A stretch of DNA of 64,000 nt, taken from NCBI RefSeq assembly GCF_000315625.1, contig NW_005434645.1, positions 295,925-359,924 of the forward strand, written 5' to 3'. Of the stretch, positions 13,600-26,744 are shown one piece after another. The notes beneath the pieces are model-generated. The model saw nothing but the letters and a program-made list of their open reading frames with translations, had not been told where the DNA came from and searched no databases. This stretch comes from Guillardia theta CCMP2712. Lineage: Eukaryota; Protista; Cryptophyta. The position numbers were made by a program, and so were the translations under genes. Positions within the stretch are counted from its first letter, which is position 1. Each line of letters begins with the position of its first letter.

Positions 13600-15330
13600 G
13601 CGAAAACTCCTGCATCTCCGAAGTTGGCTTTCTGTACCCTGAGGTTTCAGTTAGAGAGGAAGTAAGGAGGGGGAAGGAGCAAAGCAAAGAGCCGGGGGGG
13701 GAGGACGGGAGAGGCGTCAGGACATGAACGATCTGGGAGCGGTAGGGATCAGAGCATGAGGAGGGTCTCGCTTGCCGTGGATTCCGATGATCTAGCCCTA
13801 CAAGGTCGATGAAGAAGGGGAAGAGAACGACGAAGACTCGCTGAAGTGACACCCAGAGGCCCAGGACGACGTGCCGAAAGATCCAGCGCCTGCAGGGAAG
13901 TGAGCGGGGAAGGAGGAGGACGTTCGGACCTGTGTGATGCCCGACGGTGCAACAGGATGGAGAGGAGGGCGAGTAGACCTGGTGGGTTGAGGGCGGGACA
14001 GTGAGGATGGAGGTAGTGGTACCTGTAACGAGGAAGAGAACTGCCGCTGTGAGAGAAGCCTCGGATCAGAGCAGGAGTGGAGGAAGGTGAGTAGACCTGA
14101 GGTCAGGGATGGCTCGTGGGCAGGAAACATGTGAGAGGACTGGTCGGAGAAGACAGTGAGGACGAAGGGAGAAGAGAGATGTTGGGGACCGCATCGTGCG
14201 TCGAGATGTTCCGGAAATCATGCCTGGCAAGGAGAGTGAGGAGAGAGACGAGAGTGGAGGTCGGAGAAGCCACAGACTTATAGTAGATCAACCCGCGGGC
14301 CTCAATAGCGTAGTATCCGACCTGATTCAAAGGGGCGATCAGGGCATGGCGAATCTTGCTGGGTGGCGGACCCACCATCATCGCCAGCGAGATGGTCAAG
14401 AAGATGGCTCCGACGACTTGATGCTGAGAGGAGGGGGGGGGATGAGGGGGCGCAAAATCGGAACTCATCCTGACCAGCAGAGGATGCTGAGTGCGAACGC
14501 CCTTGTTGAGTTGGACGATGATGGCGATGCTCCAGAACACCTGGAGATAGGAGCGAGAGAGAGGAGGAGGGGGGGGAGGGAGATAGAGGTGGGATTCAGC
14601 AGGAGGAAGGCAAGGCAAGGTTTGGAAGTTAATATCGTGAAGTAGAGGAAGTCTCCAGAGGAGAAGGAACAGCGCAGAGAGGAGCGGGAGAGAAGCGAGC
14701 TAGGCAAGGGAGGAGACTCACCCCAGGGAACACGTGAGTGAAGCAGATGAGATGCTGGTCTTCGTACTTGGTCAAGAGACTGAGAGGAACCTGAGGTGGA
14801 GGGAGTCAGAACTTGCCGCCTAGTTGATCTGAGGATGAACTTGAGTTATCTTCATGCTCTGCAGGAAGTCTCTTCGTCCGCTGCTCCTACATAACTCAAC
14901 AGTCACGTCCCTTGACCTTCAGAAGGCCAGAAGTTGTAGGAGTGAGACGGAAGCAAGGAGTAGGTCAGATCGGCGTAGTCGTGAAAGGGATCAGAGGAAA
15001 GAAGGATTGGAGTGACGAAGGAACAGAAAGGGGAGGGAACACATGGGAAGGATGGAGGGAAAGGGAGAGGGAGAGAGACGTGCAAGGGGACGAGAGATAG
15101 AGAGGCTGAAGGAGGAAGGAGAGGAGGGGGGGGGGCGCAGAGAGGGATGCAGATGTGTTTGGAGAGGGGGGGGGTAATGAACGACAAGAGGTCAAGCATC
15201 CAACCACAGGAGGTGACAGGCTCCAGGCATGACGAGGATCCAGGAGATCATGAGGAGAGCGAGAAGGGAGCATAGCGCATAGAAACCCCTACGAGAGAAA
15301 CAGGTCAGAGCAACTCTCTGCACTCATGGT
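13600..15330 (-). CDS. Multi-exon hypothetical membrane protein
   Basis: Short hydrophobic exons bounded by GT/AG (VFWSIAIIVQLNKG; VVGAIFLTISLAMMVG; VGYYAIEARGLIYYKS; RVFVVLFPFFIDLVGL); no family recognised. Confidence 0.4.
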
Positions 15331-15544
15331 GTTAGCTTCACGTCACTTTATTGACCTGGACAAGTTCATCATAGTTCGCTGAGCTAGCCCCATCCTCCTC
15401 CCGACCATTTGTCCTGTGATGGCTCCAACCATCTAGCACTCCGTGGGCACAGGAAGAAGCACATAGGAAGAGGAGAGGAAGGAGAAGGAGAAGATCCTAC
15501 CAGGGAGATGAAGAATGGCTGGAGAAGGCTGTTGAGGAGAAAGT

Positions 15545-16149
15545 TCATTGTGCTTTCTTGCTCTTCGATCCACTGACAAGCGGTTTGAGGAGGAGGTAGG
15601 AGGTTAGCCCTGCAGGACCCAGCAGCAAGGTGAGAGGAAAGATCCACACGATGAAGAGATGAGGAATGCCTGCAAGCGAATCAACAAAGAAGGAAAAGGA
15701 GGAAAGGAAAGAAGGGGGGGGGGGAGGAGAGGATGGAGAGGATGGATTAAGATAGCAGGCGAAGGAGCAGGCGAAGGAGAAGGAGTAGGAGCAGGAGCAG
15801 GCTCTGAGCGCGCCTTACCTGCTGATTGCGAGTCCAGAAGGATGAACCTGGCAGCTAGCAGGTCAAAACTCACATAATGCACCCAACCGGCCAGGACAGC
15901 CCGCTTGCTGGAGAAGAGATTGACGATGCCTTGGAGAGAGGTGAAGCTCGAGCCGGGGGGGAGCGTGCCGAAGATGGAGGAAGGGAGGAGGAGGGTGTAC
16001 AGGAGCGCGTAGAAAGCCGAGACCAGAAGGACCACGCTGGGGGTGTGCTTCCAACGGGGGAAGGCAATCAGCAGAAGCCAGCCGATGAGGCAGCCGTTCA
16101 CCAACTGGAACACGTCCTCTTCAACGACGTTGAGGAAAGGGAGGGTCAT
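15545..16149 (-). CDS. ABA4-like / DUF4281 family membrane protein
   Basis: Signature AGWVHYVSFDLLAARFILLDSQSAG | (intron ~15670-15818) IPHLFIVWIFPLTLLLGPAGLTSYLLLK...KAQ* matches the W-x-H-x-x-x-FDL...D...GI...GP-x-G pattern of DUF4281/ABA4. Confidence 0.85.
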
Positions 16150-17560
16150 GGCAACCTGCTAAGGCTACAGGTGGTTAGTGACTCAAGCGTTCCCTCCTGC
16201 ACCCACCCCCAGATCCTGCCCACGTTCTTAGCCTTGGCCCACCCCTGATCCCCTTCCTCTCCTTGCTGTCTCTTTGCCTGATCTCTTCACTGCTTCAGCT
16301 CTCCTCGTACTCCTCGCCTGCCCTCCCCCCGTGCCTGTCCTGCTCCCTCCCCCCCCGCATTGTTGCTCGCTCCCCTCCGCTCTACCCGACAGGGCCCGGC
16401 CGGGAGCTCCGGGGCTCCAGTCCGAAATGAAAGTTTTAGTTAACCGTGAGAAATCTTGACGTTTCGCGTCGAGAGGCAGCGAAGGCTCAGTGGGGGTGGG
16501 GTTCTGAAAGAGGGATAGAGGGGGGGTCCGTGGAAGCTGGACTTGTGCAATTTTGATTCAGCGACTTTGTCCTACTTTTCTTCTGTTAAATTTCAAACAT
16601 TTATTTAACGTTTTGGTAATTTTCCTTTCATTTCAAATATTTGGAAGTACATTCCTTGGTATGAGATTCATCGTTTTCCAAATAAATTCTTACAAATTCA
16701 AATATTGCAAAACAGTTTGAAATAATGTTTGACTCCTTGGGAAATTTGTAACTGAGTTAACCTAAATCAAATTATCAAAGTTCTGGCTATTTATCTGTTT
16801 AGATTCAAATATTAGAGACAAAATAATGAATATCTGATATCTCGATATGAATATTATTTATCAAATATATTGGTACTGAAAACTGGTAGTAATTGTGGGG
16901 GATGGGTGGTTCCATGACTTCTGGTGTGAAGTGGTTTTGTTCAGGGGGTGGGGTTCAGTACCCTCAAAAAGTCATAGAGGCTGTCAAGTAGGGGTTAAAT
17001 AAAAATGCAAAGGAGGGGTACTTCATGCATTTCATCATTTTGTGGATCCGTGGTAGGTAGTTTCTAACGGGGTGGGGGTGAACAACAAAGAGTTTTCGGG
17101 GTGTGGTGGTAACTCGGGGGTTGAAAGTGGGGTAGTATTTGCTAGAAGTGTGGGGTAAGGGTAGTCATTTTGAGTCCGAGATCTGCGGGGTCCTCCTGTT
17201 CTGAACATGAAGGAATGGCGGTTTTCGCAGGATCAGGAGATGGGAAGGGAGAAATAGGATTGATAAGAGAGTGCGAACACGTAACTAGCTACGAATATGA
17301 AGAAGAGGCCGCATGAGGGATGCAGGAAGCAGGGGAGACATCAATCTGAAGGGACGAAGGAATCCTGACTCAAACCATTGCGAGCGCAATCTCGATCAAG
17401 AGCGAGTTCGACATGATGGATGTGTGTGTTTTGATGTCGAAATGAATTCCTTGGATTGACATCATCTTGAATAATGATCTGATCAAAGAGCTTATCTGTA
17501 CTTTAGAATCCTCACGAAGTATTGTCCTGTTAGTCCGCCCCCATCCCAACAACCCCCAGC

Positions 17561-20500
17561 ATGAAAGATATAGACGGTCAAAGGAGGTGTTTGCTGAAAT
17601 AGTATTCGCGAGTCAACGTATTCCTGCACGATTCTAAATCTATGTTATGCAGGAGGAGCTATGTATTTCCTCATCGCGATTCAAATTGATTGAAGATTGG
17701 AGCGAATAAGACCAATCTCAAGATGGTCTGGAAGGTGTTTAATGGCAAGAAGAAGTACAATTACAACATCCCCTCAGCCTTCAACGATGCGTTTGAGGAG
17801 CCCCAAAGTCTGGCAGGAGTGGGTATCGTCTTCTTCAAAGCCCCGGACAACTCGTTGTTTGTCAAGGCCCTCGTGGAGGGCTCGAGTGCAGTCAACAGTG
17901 GCATACAGCCGGGAGACTGTCTGATGGAGGTTGATGGGAAGAGTGTATACTGCAAGGGGATAGAATCAGCTACAAAGGCAATCCTTGGAGAAGTAGGAAG
18001 CATGGTCAAACTCAAGCTTGTGAGGATTGAGAATGGCAGGTGAAAAACGTGATGGTGGGCTACTGTTGCTGTTCCTTGACAGTTCATGACAGGAGAATTC
18101 CAATCATCGCAAATCTCATCAGGGAGCTGAAAGCCACTGCTGATCCAGAATTCAAAATTCAAAGTCAAGAACAGTACAAGAGCGGAGTCACCACTTCGCA
18201 GGTCAGCTTGTTCAACTCTGAAAGCTAGCGTAAAAAACATCTAGGTTTTCCTGGAGTGTTTGCAAGAGCTCGAAGCTTCTCAAGTGAATAAAGTTGTCGA
18301 CGAAATCAAGGTGTGTTGATGTCTCTGGTATTTATTGGATGCTGAACTTTTTCTTGAATCTAGGACACTGGCGCAGGTATGGTGTTTGACATGCATGCTT
18401 GACAAGTAAGAAGTCACAGGAGTTTGCTGACTTTGTTTTGCCAGCTTTCAGAGAGGCACAGAAGCATGTCAATGATGCGACACACAATGAGGAGGAGCAA
18501 TACGCCGACTTGTTTGAAAAAGATTCTGATGAGGAAATAACGCAAGAGCCCAAAGTTTCCTCGGAGAGGATTGTAAAGTACCAGGGCAAGTGGTACACGG
18601 AAAGCAAGATCATGGAGTTGGAAAGGAAGACCAAGAAGGTCTGGACATGCAGTAATTTTGTGTTTGATCTGAAGAGAAGGACAGGTGAAGAAAGTTCTGG
18701 AAGAAGTGGAGAAGAATGGAGGAGTTCAAGATTCTGTGAAGGCGTCTTTTATGGACTCGATGCAAGTGCCGGTGTACAGCAATATACAGGTAAAAGATTC
18801 CTACATCCCCAAGGCACATAGCTGAACTCCATGGTATCAGGTCAGGAAGACGAAATCGCTCGTTATGGGACCAGCCGCATCTGATTCACAAGAGGTCTGT
18901 TCTTGTGTTGCCTTCTGTTTCGGGCGAGATAAAGTAATGTTTCTGCTTTCCTCAGGAGGCGATATCAGCCTTGTCCAAGGAAGAGGAGAAGTTGAACAAT
19001 GACCCTCAGGTGATGGATAAAGCGATCATCTCTAACGTCGGCACTGACGTGATCTCGACAGGCACTCAAAGCAGCTATCTTTGTGGTCGGAGGAGGAATG
19101 GTGGAGAAGATGCTTACGTCGTCGAAGGTGTCTAAGAGCGCAGATGGGAGGCAGCATCTGAGTTTGTCATTGCGAGCAGATTGGAAAGAACAAGAAAACT
19201 GTCAACTTGAAGATAACAACTGGCGGCGTGTTGACATGGGGAAAGGATAAAGAAGGTCACGTAATGTGGATCCAGCCGTGGAAGAAGCAGGTTTGCTTGC
19301 CTGATGCGATTTATCGTCCTCAGCGCTGACTCTTTCTACAGTACAGCCCGAGCATGAACAAGGAAGAGTACTTGTCACTGAACAGGAAGTTCATTGTGGC
19401 GATCGAAGGCGGGCAAGTGATGGCCCACTCGGCTCAAGGAGGTACCGTGAGGGCAGAGGTGAAGAGAGTCATGGAGTTCTTGGCTCCCTCCTCTGAAGAA
19501 CGGGACCTGTGGGTGACTGGGGTGAACATGGTGCTTGCCATGTCCAAGAGAGAGGCGGAAAAGAGGCAATCGTGCCAGCGGGAGAAAGAGCTCTCCGGTT
19601 CAGCCTCCCAGCAGAACAGATTGTTCATATCGCACCCCCTGCACGACGGGGCCTTCCGGAAGTCAACTTCGCCTGACCCGATTCCCAATGATGAGGTGGA
19701 TGGTGCCTCGAAGCATGAAAGAGCGTTGGCTCAGGTACCGGCAGCCAACGTCCCTCCTCCTCCGAAGCAGCGGATGAGGCCGACCTCTGTCAAGAGGCTC
19801 ATCAGCATCTTCAAGCCCAAGGCAAACGTCGAGAGCGAGGCCAACAAGAACAGCTGCAGCGACTCCGTCGAGTCAGACGGTGAAGAGCCGCCCCAGGAGC
19901 TGCCGAGAGACACGACGACAAGGCCGAGTGCCAAAGTCTGGGTCGGCAAGGGGAACAACGACATGGATCTCTTTCGTATCTTTGACAGCGACGATGAAGA
20001 GGAGGAGGAGGAGGAGGAGGAGGAGGAGGAGGTAGTTGCTCGTGCCTCCAATCCCCCGGTCGGAGAGGAGTCAACTGCACCAGCAGGCCCGAACAGTGGC
20101 AGTGGTTCCGAGAGCAATTCGGCTCAAACGTCGTTTTACAGCTCGAGCTCCCCGGTGCTGAAGGCAAGAGCGGCAGAAGACAGCTCTTCTTTCCTCATGT
20201 CGTCCAAGACTGAGTTCGCCTCTGAGGCGGAGAGCCTGCTGAGCTCCTACGCTGCCTCCTCCCACCGTGACGCTCTCCGCATCGATGAGGTGGCTGTCGA
20301 ACACGAGGAGGAGCCGAGGGCACCTCCCAGCGACCCCCCCGGTGAAATCTTCCCCAAGGTACTGCCGCTTGTGCTGGGACTTGTCTCGAACGGTCGTCGC
20401 CTGACAGTCTTGCAGATCAGCCCCAGCCTTTCGCCCTCTGACGTGGCGGCGGCCACTCCCTGTCATTTACAGCACCTTCATCTCTCGCCTGATGAATCAG

Positions 20501-21149
20501 AATCAAAAGACTCGTCGCCCTCCAGTCAAGCCCCGAACCCTGCAGGCTCGCACGCTGCCTATCCCATCCTAGCAGACTTGTCTAAGAACCACAGCTCTGG
20601 GTCTGCTGAGCTGGAAAGTTTGGAGCTCTGCGAGGAAGGCGCCTCGAGCACTCCTGCGATCGAGGAGCCGTACGGAGCCGTCAAGGGAGGGTTGTCGGAC
20701 ACGAGCGCTATACCAGCTCAAGGGCCCAGCGAGGATCTACTGCGCTCCAAGATGACAAGCGTGACTCACCCGGTGCAGAACTTCTCCGGAGGAGAGCCCC
20801 GGCTGTCGTTCAGCAAGGAGGAGGAGCCGGCGGCTCGGCCTGTTTCAGTTGCTTCTCTGTCGCGGGTGCCTTGTGCGCAAGGGAGCTCCACCAAGACGTC
20901 TCTGAGCTCCAGCTCTCCGTCCAGGAGCTTTGCCGAGGTCGTGAAGTCGGACGAGCCGGCAGAGAAGGTCAAAGTGGAGCCCAAGCGCCTGAGCGTGAAG
21001 TCGTCGGGTGGTGGAGGAGGAGGAGGTCAGTGCGGTTGACATGGCTGCTGTGTCGACTGACTTGCTCCCTAGGAAATGCGCTGGCGGCGATGATGGCGGC
21101 CAGAAGGAAAATGGTGGACGAGAACGACGACGAGGGATATTATTTCTGA
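17561..21149 (+). CDS. PDZ + PH domain protein with long disordered C-terminus
   Basis: PDZ: GVGIVFFKAPDNSLFVKALVEGSSAVNSGIQPGDCLMEVDGKSV...ILGEVGSMVKLKLVR. PH C-terminal helix: MEFLAPSSEERDLWVTGVNMVL. Ser/Pro-rich tail ending GNALAAMMAARRKMVDENDDEGYYF*. Start codon uncertain. Confidence 0.75.
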
Positions 21150-22135
21150 TTTTATTGTTTCTTCTTCGATGTTTTATTATGAGACATGAGGGTCACACGG
21201 GGAGCAGTAGGAGGCGATCGGTTCGACCGTGTTTGTACAGTGAAGTGAAAGTGAAAACAGCTTGACAACTATGAAGGCAACCAGCTCGCTCGTCCTGTCG
21301 CTCACTATCAGCTTTTGTCGTTGAATATCCTCCGCCTCCTCCGCCTCCCTCACCCTTGTGCGAGAACTCCGGCGTGATGTTGGAAAAATCTCCGTAGCTC
21401 ATGCCGCCCTTGGGCGTGAAATCTGAGAAAGGCTACGGCAGGAGAGTGAGAGACGCGGTCGTCTTCGCTCTCCACGCACCTTCCCAGCAAATTGCTGCAT
21501 TCTCGAGCAGCCGACGCCCGGAGGCTGCGACTGAAAGTTAGTGGTGGGGACGGGTAGACAGGATCATACCGCGCAGTTGTAGGTCAACCCTGGTCGAGCC
21601 TTCCATGCCTCCTCCTCACTGGACAGCATGTGAGAGAACGTTCGCAATGGATGAGGAACTTGCCTGCTGTGGCCAGGACTGAAGACATGGTACATGCCAT
21701 CGTCATCTGAGCAAGCTAGCTCAGTCTACAAGTTTAGAACACCATCACATCTACTTCCTAATCTCAGCTCCATCCTTCTTTCTCTCCAACCTGTTTGCTC
21801 GCCTGCCTCACCAATCCCGACCATCGCAAGCTCCTCCTTTCTGCAAGTTTGCAACCCAGTCGCATACTATCTTTCCTTGCCTTCCCCCGAACCATCCGTT
21901 GCTTCCTATGTTCCCCTCCCTCCTCCCTCCCTCCTCCCTCCCTCCCTTCCTCCCTCCCTCCCTCCCCCCCTCACCTGCCATGTCTCTTGGTGCTGTTGAC
22001 CTCATCCCCTCACTGACCTTGAAGATTTTTCGGCTTTTTCAGGATTCGTTTCCCTAGTTGCCTACGACAGGTCGAGAGCTGAAGGGAAGGCAGGGAGAGA
22101 GGAGGAGAGGGGAGACGGTAATGGTGTGAGCTGAG

Positions 22136-23344
22136 ATGAGAGACAGAGAGAGGAGACAGAGATGCGCGAGGAAGGGCTCGATGCCGGAGGAGGAGCTCGT
22201 CGCAGGAAAGGGCCGGATGAAGGTCCTTCGGGTCGTGACCTTACTGTTCTTCGCTCTCACGTCGCTCCTGGTGTTCGTGAAGCTCTTCATCTACTCTCAG
22301 CACGAGGGCATGTTCGATCCACGAGGAGGCGAGGCCGAGGGGAGAAGACTTCTGCCCGCACCAGCCAGAGAGCTGGGCTCCTTCTTCTCGCTCCAGGGCT
22401 CTAGCAACACTATCTGCCCTTCAATCCGTTCCTCGGACTGGGTCGAGTTTGACTTCCCTCCCCACCCCCGGAAACCAGCGGGCAACGAGACGAGCATATG
22501 GGTGGGGGTGATGGTCAACGACGAGGTGGAGATGCTGAGGCTGCTGCTGGAGATGTACAGCAAGACCGTTACGGGGGTGGTGGTCGTACAGAGCCGGCAC
22601 ACGCTGTCGAACCGCAGGAAGAACCTGTCCATCACCAGGGACGACATTAGGTTTGCGCCCTTCAGAGACTTCTTCTACCTCGTCTCCATCGACGGGAGGG
22701 CCGAGGGGTTCCAGTACTGGGAGAACGAGGCGCTACAACGATGCGCCATCGGAAACGTGGGATTCAAGAAGCTACCGATCCAGGACAGCGACGCGGTCCT
22801 AGTCACAGATGTAGACGAGATCGTGAAGCCTGAGGTCCTGGCCAAGATGAGCAGCAGCATCCGGCACAACCAGGCCGTCACTTTCTGCCTCACCTGGCAC
22901 TTCTCGCACTTCGGGAGAGTTCTGGAGTCAGGATGCAAAACGGTCAGGGGCCTGGTTTCAGGGAGCTTCCTGAAGAACATGCTGCAGTACAACACCAACG
23001 CAGTCAGGAACGTGGCGGCGAATCCCAACAACAAGCATGCGGAGGAGATCAGTGTCGGGAGTGGGCCGGGCAGGACGTGCGAGCGAGCCGGCAACATCGT
23101 TGGGTGGCACTGCTCCTGGTGCTTCGGGTCGGCGGAGGAGTATGGGAACAAGATGAAGTCGTTTGCTCACTCGGAGATGTCTCCTTCTGCCAGCAACCCC
23201 GACCTGATCCGCGACATGATGTGCCAGGGTAAGTGGGTCACGGGAGGGGTCCACGGGATGGAGCTGGACTGCAGCATCCCGCCTATTCAGCTCCCCGACT
23301 ACTTCCATGCATGGAAAAAGAACTGCAGCAAAGGGTCGCCATGA
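22136..23344 (+). CDS. Glycosyltransferase family 17 (MGAT3/GnT-III-like), single exon, type II membrane protein
   Basis: N-terminal TM anchor VLRVVTLLFFALTSLLVFVKLFIY; motifs NDEVEMLRLLL, VVVQSRHTLS, EALQRCAI, VLVTDVDEIV (DxD), GWHCSWCF, KMKSFAHSE. Confidence 0.88.
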   Translation: MRDRERRQRCARKGSMPEEELVAGKGRMKVLRVVTLLFFALTSLLVFVKLFIYSQHEGMFDPRGGEAEGRRLLPAPARELGSFFSLQGSSNTICPSIRSSDWVEFDFPPHPRKPAGNETSIWVGVMVNDEVEMLRLLLEMYSKTVTGVVVVQSRHTLSNRRKNLSITRDDIRFAPFRDFFYLVSIDGRAEGFQYWENEALQRCAIGNVGFKKLPIQDSDAVLVTDVDEIVKPEVLAKMSSSIRHNQAVTFCLTWHFSHFGRVLESGCKTVRGLVSGSFLKNMLQYNTNAVRNVAANPNNKHAEEISVGSGPGRTCERAGNIVGWHCSWCFGSAEEYGNKMKSFAHSEMSPSASNPDLIRDMMCQGKWVTGGVHGMELDCSIPPIQLPDYFHAWKKNCSKGSP

Positions 23345-23449
23345 GGCGGCGGCAGGTGCAGCAGGGCGGAGGGGAGGAGGAGCGCTTCATCCGGGGTAGC
23401 AGCTTCTTGCAAGTTAACGAGCCCTCAGCGAGGGTCTCAGTGCCTCAGT

Positions 23450-25040
23450 AACAGTTTGTCGGTAAACTGCTCGAACATCGACCTGCGCCATCGTCACCCG
23501 ATCAGAGCCCGCCTCAGTCCTGCCCTCCTTGCCTCGGGGGCTTCATCCTCGCCCTGCGCAAAGTGCACTTGAACCGCACGACCCCCAGCTGCAGCCACCA
23601 GTTCGGTTGAGCCCAGAGCCTTCGAGTCAGGTGATGGTCAGTCCACACCGACGTGGGGCCATGGACAGGACAAGCACCTGTGCGGGCCAACCAGCCTTGC
23701 CACTGTCACCTCGACGCTCGTCCCCTCCTGCCCCGAGAGCTTCTCCGCCACCTCCGAGGTGTGCCGTTGGGCGCAAGACCACCCGTCTACGGAGATGATG
23801 TAGTCACCCACACGAAGCTTCCCTTCCTGCTCCCATCGCCCGTCACATGCGAACACACCGATGCATGCTCTGCCACACACACACACACACACACACACAC
23901 CTGCCTCGCAGCTTCAGCTGTCCCCCCGCTTGAGATCTCAGAGATCTGAACCCCGAACTTCCCTTCGGAGATCTCCACTCCCTGATGTGCTTGCTTCAAC
24001 CCGATTCCGATCCCAACTCTGCATCCCCTCCTTCAGCACAGCACAGGGTCACGTCGGGGCAATCCTACCTCCCGTTCGTCTCCGTGGCGTCGACCCGCAC
24101 TCCCTCGTCGGCACTCCAACTGCACATGTTCTGGTCACTCCCGATGATCCTCTCGTTAGGCGGCAGCGGCCCCGACGGCCAGCAGCGCCACTCCGAGTCA
24201 GACTTCGTCGCATCCTTCTCGAAAAGCACCTGCAACAAGAAGGACCTTCATCGCCCCAGCTGTGGCTCCCTCTCCTTCCCCCACCTGCGGCTCGAAGATG
24301 CTCTTGCCCCCGATGTAGGGAGCTGACACATAGTTCTTGCCTCCGCCGTACTCGCTCTCATGCGGATAACGTTGGCTCGAGGCCACACCCTGCCCCTGCA
24401 CGTCTTCTTCCTCTCTTCTCACGCCTTCCTCTGAGAATTCGGGCACGCTGGACAGCAGTTGGACGCTCTCGATGGAGCAGAGGGCCTGAACCCATCGCCC
24501 TGCATCGTGATCGTCCTCACACTCAAACTCCAATCCCCTCATGTTCTTGTCTTGAGCAAGGAAGCCTGAGCGTATCGAGTAGTCATTCTCTCCCAGCCGA
24601 ATGTTTCTTGACGGCTGATAACTTATCTTGAGTCCCTTGAGACTGAACAACCTCGTCCCTATCAAACTCGTCAAGGTCCAACAGGCCAATGGCAACCCTG
24701 AAGACGATGATCGTCACCTTGATCTTGGACGCTCTCATCCTCGAAATACAAAAATGACTTGTCGCGAAGAACAAAGAAACGCTTCTCCCCATGAGTCTGG
24801 GTAAGGTCGTAGAAAGTCAGCCATCCTTTCTTCAGCACCCTCCCTTCCCGCAGCAGAAGTTGATCCACCAACGCCTGGACATACATCAAACGGGTTTGAC
24901 TGCACATGGAGCTTGCCTCTGTATCTACAGAAGGCAGGAAACTCGTCATCTTGCTGAACCAGCTCGAGTTCTCCTCCTCCTGTACCCCATCGGCATTTGG
25001 ACCAGAAATCGTAGATGATCCTTTTCGGAAAGATAGCAAG
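23450..25040 (-). CDS. PH + PDZ domain protein
   Basis: PH: VLKKGWLTFYDLTQTHGEKRFFVLRDKSFLYFEDE ... LEFECEDDHDAGRWVQALCS. PDZ: GVQISEISSGGTAEA / EGKLRVGDYIISVDGWSCAQRHTSEVAEKLSGQEGTSVEVTVAR. Ends approximate. Confidence 0.8.
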
Positions 25041-25448
25041 GAAAATCAGCCAACTCAATGGTGTCTCATCACTATTTGCATGAAGCTTCTACACAAACAA
25101 GACTTTCTGTCATGTCATTGTCCACTCTCGTTCTACCTTCCCCCTCCCTCCTACTTTTTTTCCCTCCACCATTCTTGGTCTTCTGTCCCCCCCATCCCTC
25201 CTGCCTTGAGCTCATCATGGTTGCTCGTGTTCTCTTGACTTCTACACATCCTCCCATCATCCCTTCCTCTCCTCCTCCTCTCCTCCTCTCCTCCTCTCCT
25301 CCTCTCCTCCTCCTCTACCCTCCTCCATCGCTGCGCCTGAAGCGTCTCTGCCCTCACCTGCCATGCCTGTTCAATGGAGCATCACCAGAGGAATTGTTTA
25401 CTCATCTGCAATCTCTGTACGACGCGCTGTACTGCATATAGAGTTGAC

Positions 25449-26600
25449 TTAACTTGAACTACTGAACAATGGGGCTATCGTCATCTGCTGTGACTCGATC
25501 ACAAGAGCGCAGTTGTCCTTGCTGCTAGCACCGGATGCCAGCTCCGAGCCCATCACCTGAACACTCGTCCAACATCTCCATCGAGGGGCTTGCCAAATCT
25601 CCTCATCCACCACGATGGCACGGCTGACAGGCCGCCAAGTTGGGCATGGGCCCAGCCTTAGTAGTAGGGCTGAAAGCCTCCTCAACATCGTCGTCGCAGA
25701 ACTTCAACAAACTCAGACCAGATCCTTGACTATCCTCTTGAAATTCATCTCTACAAAGGACTTGACGGTCATCCCAACCCTGTGGAGCTTCCCGACATCC
25801 TCCTTGGAAGCCACCAGCCTCGTCCTTTCCGCCACGCAGCAGAAGCCAGAGATGTGGTTATTGCTGCAAGCCTTGCTAAGCATCTCGAGCTTCTTCAGCA
25901 GCTTCCTCACGTTGCTGCCCCTCTCGATCTTCTCCACGAACATGTTGCTGTCGTTGTGCCTGAGGATCCTGCTGAAGCCTTCAAGGTGATACTCCCTTAC
26001 ATCCACCGCGTGCAAGATTTCATAACCGAACAAACCGACCAGTTGAGCCATTCTCCGGAGCCAGGCACGGAGGCATTCTTGCTCGCATCCTCCCTCTTCC
26101 TCTTTCTGGAGAAGAAGTCATTCGGTTTGTCACCGAAGCCCCTCCCCGCCTCGAAGCGGAATTTCGATATCTGGTGTATAGGAGCGCGGGACCGGAGTGA
26201 CATAGAACAAGGCGAATTAATTTGAAAGACCTACTGTCTCTTAACTCCTCAGCCACCAAAAACAGCTCAAAGGGAAGCAAAACACCGCTCAACAAAAGCG
26301 CTTGAGATGGCCGACGTCGTTGATATGCATCAACATCTCGAGCTTTGGGATCTTCTCCGGCACAACGACCGTTGCCACCGCAGGAAGCTTGCGCTTCTGT
26401 GGAAGCTGCGAGACAGAGGTGGAAGAGGAACTCTTCGAAGCCTCCAATACGCCGGTAGAGAGGTCAAGAATCATTGGACCAGTTCCCATCACCATCTTGC
26501 ACCTGGAAATCGGGCTTGGGGCTCAGCTTGCCATCCCTGGCGAACTTCTGTCACTGGTGACCTCCTGCAGGCTGCTGCTGCTTAACTTAGCCCAGCAGAT
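25449..26600 (-). pseudogene. Decayed intronless ORF (frameshifts and stops), unknown origin
   Basis: Protein-like pieces in shifting frames (PEKIPKLEMLMHINDVGHLKRF; LLPFELFLVAEELRDSRSFKLIRL; MAQLVGLFGYEILHAVDVREYHLEGFSRILRHND...KRIVKDLV*) with no intron-like spacers. Confidence 0.45.
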
Positions 26601-26744
26601 CGCTGGGTGTAAGGGGTACGGTAGTGATAGTGACAATTTATTCCTTTAAGACCGGGCCATCAAAGAACCTCAGTGACAATACTTAATCATGGGCGCCCCC
26701 ACTCAGGCTCCACAGCCGTCACGGCGACCGTCACCTTGTGTCCC

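Noticed and set aside
21190-21690. Possible small minus-strand gene
   Set aside because: Splice-like signals exist but no convincing ORF or homology could be assembled.
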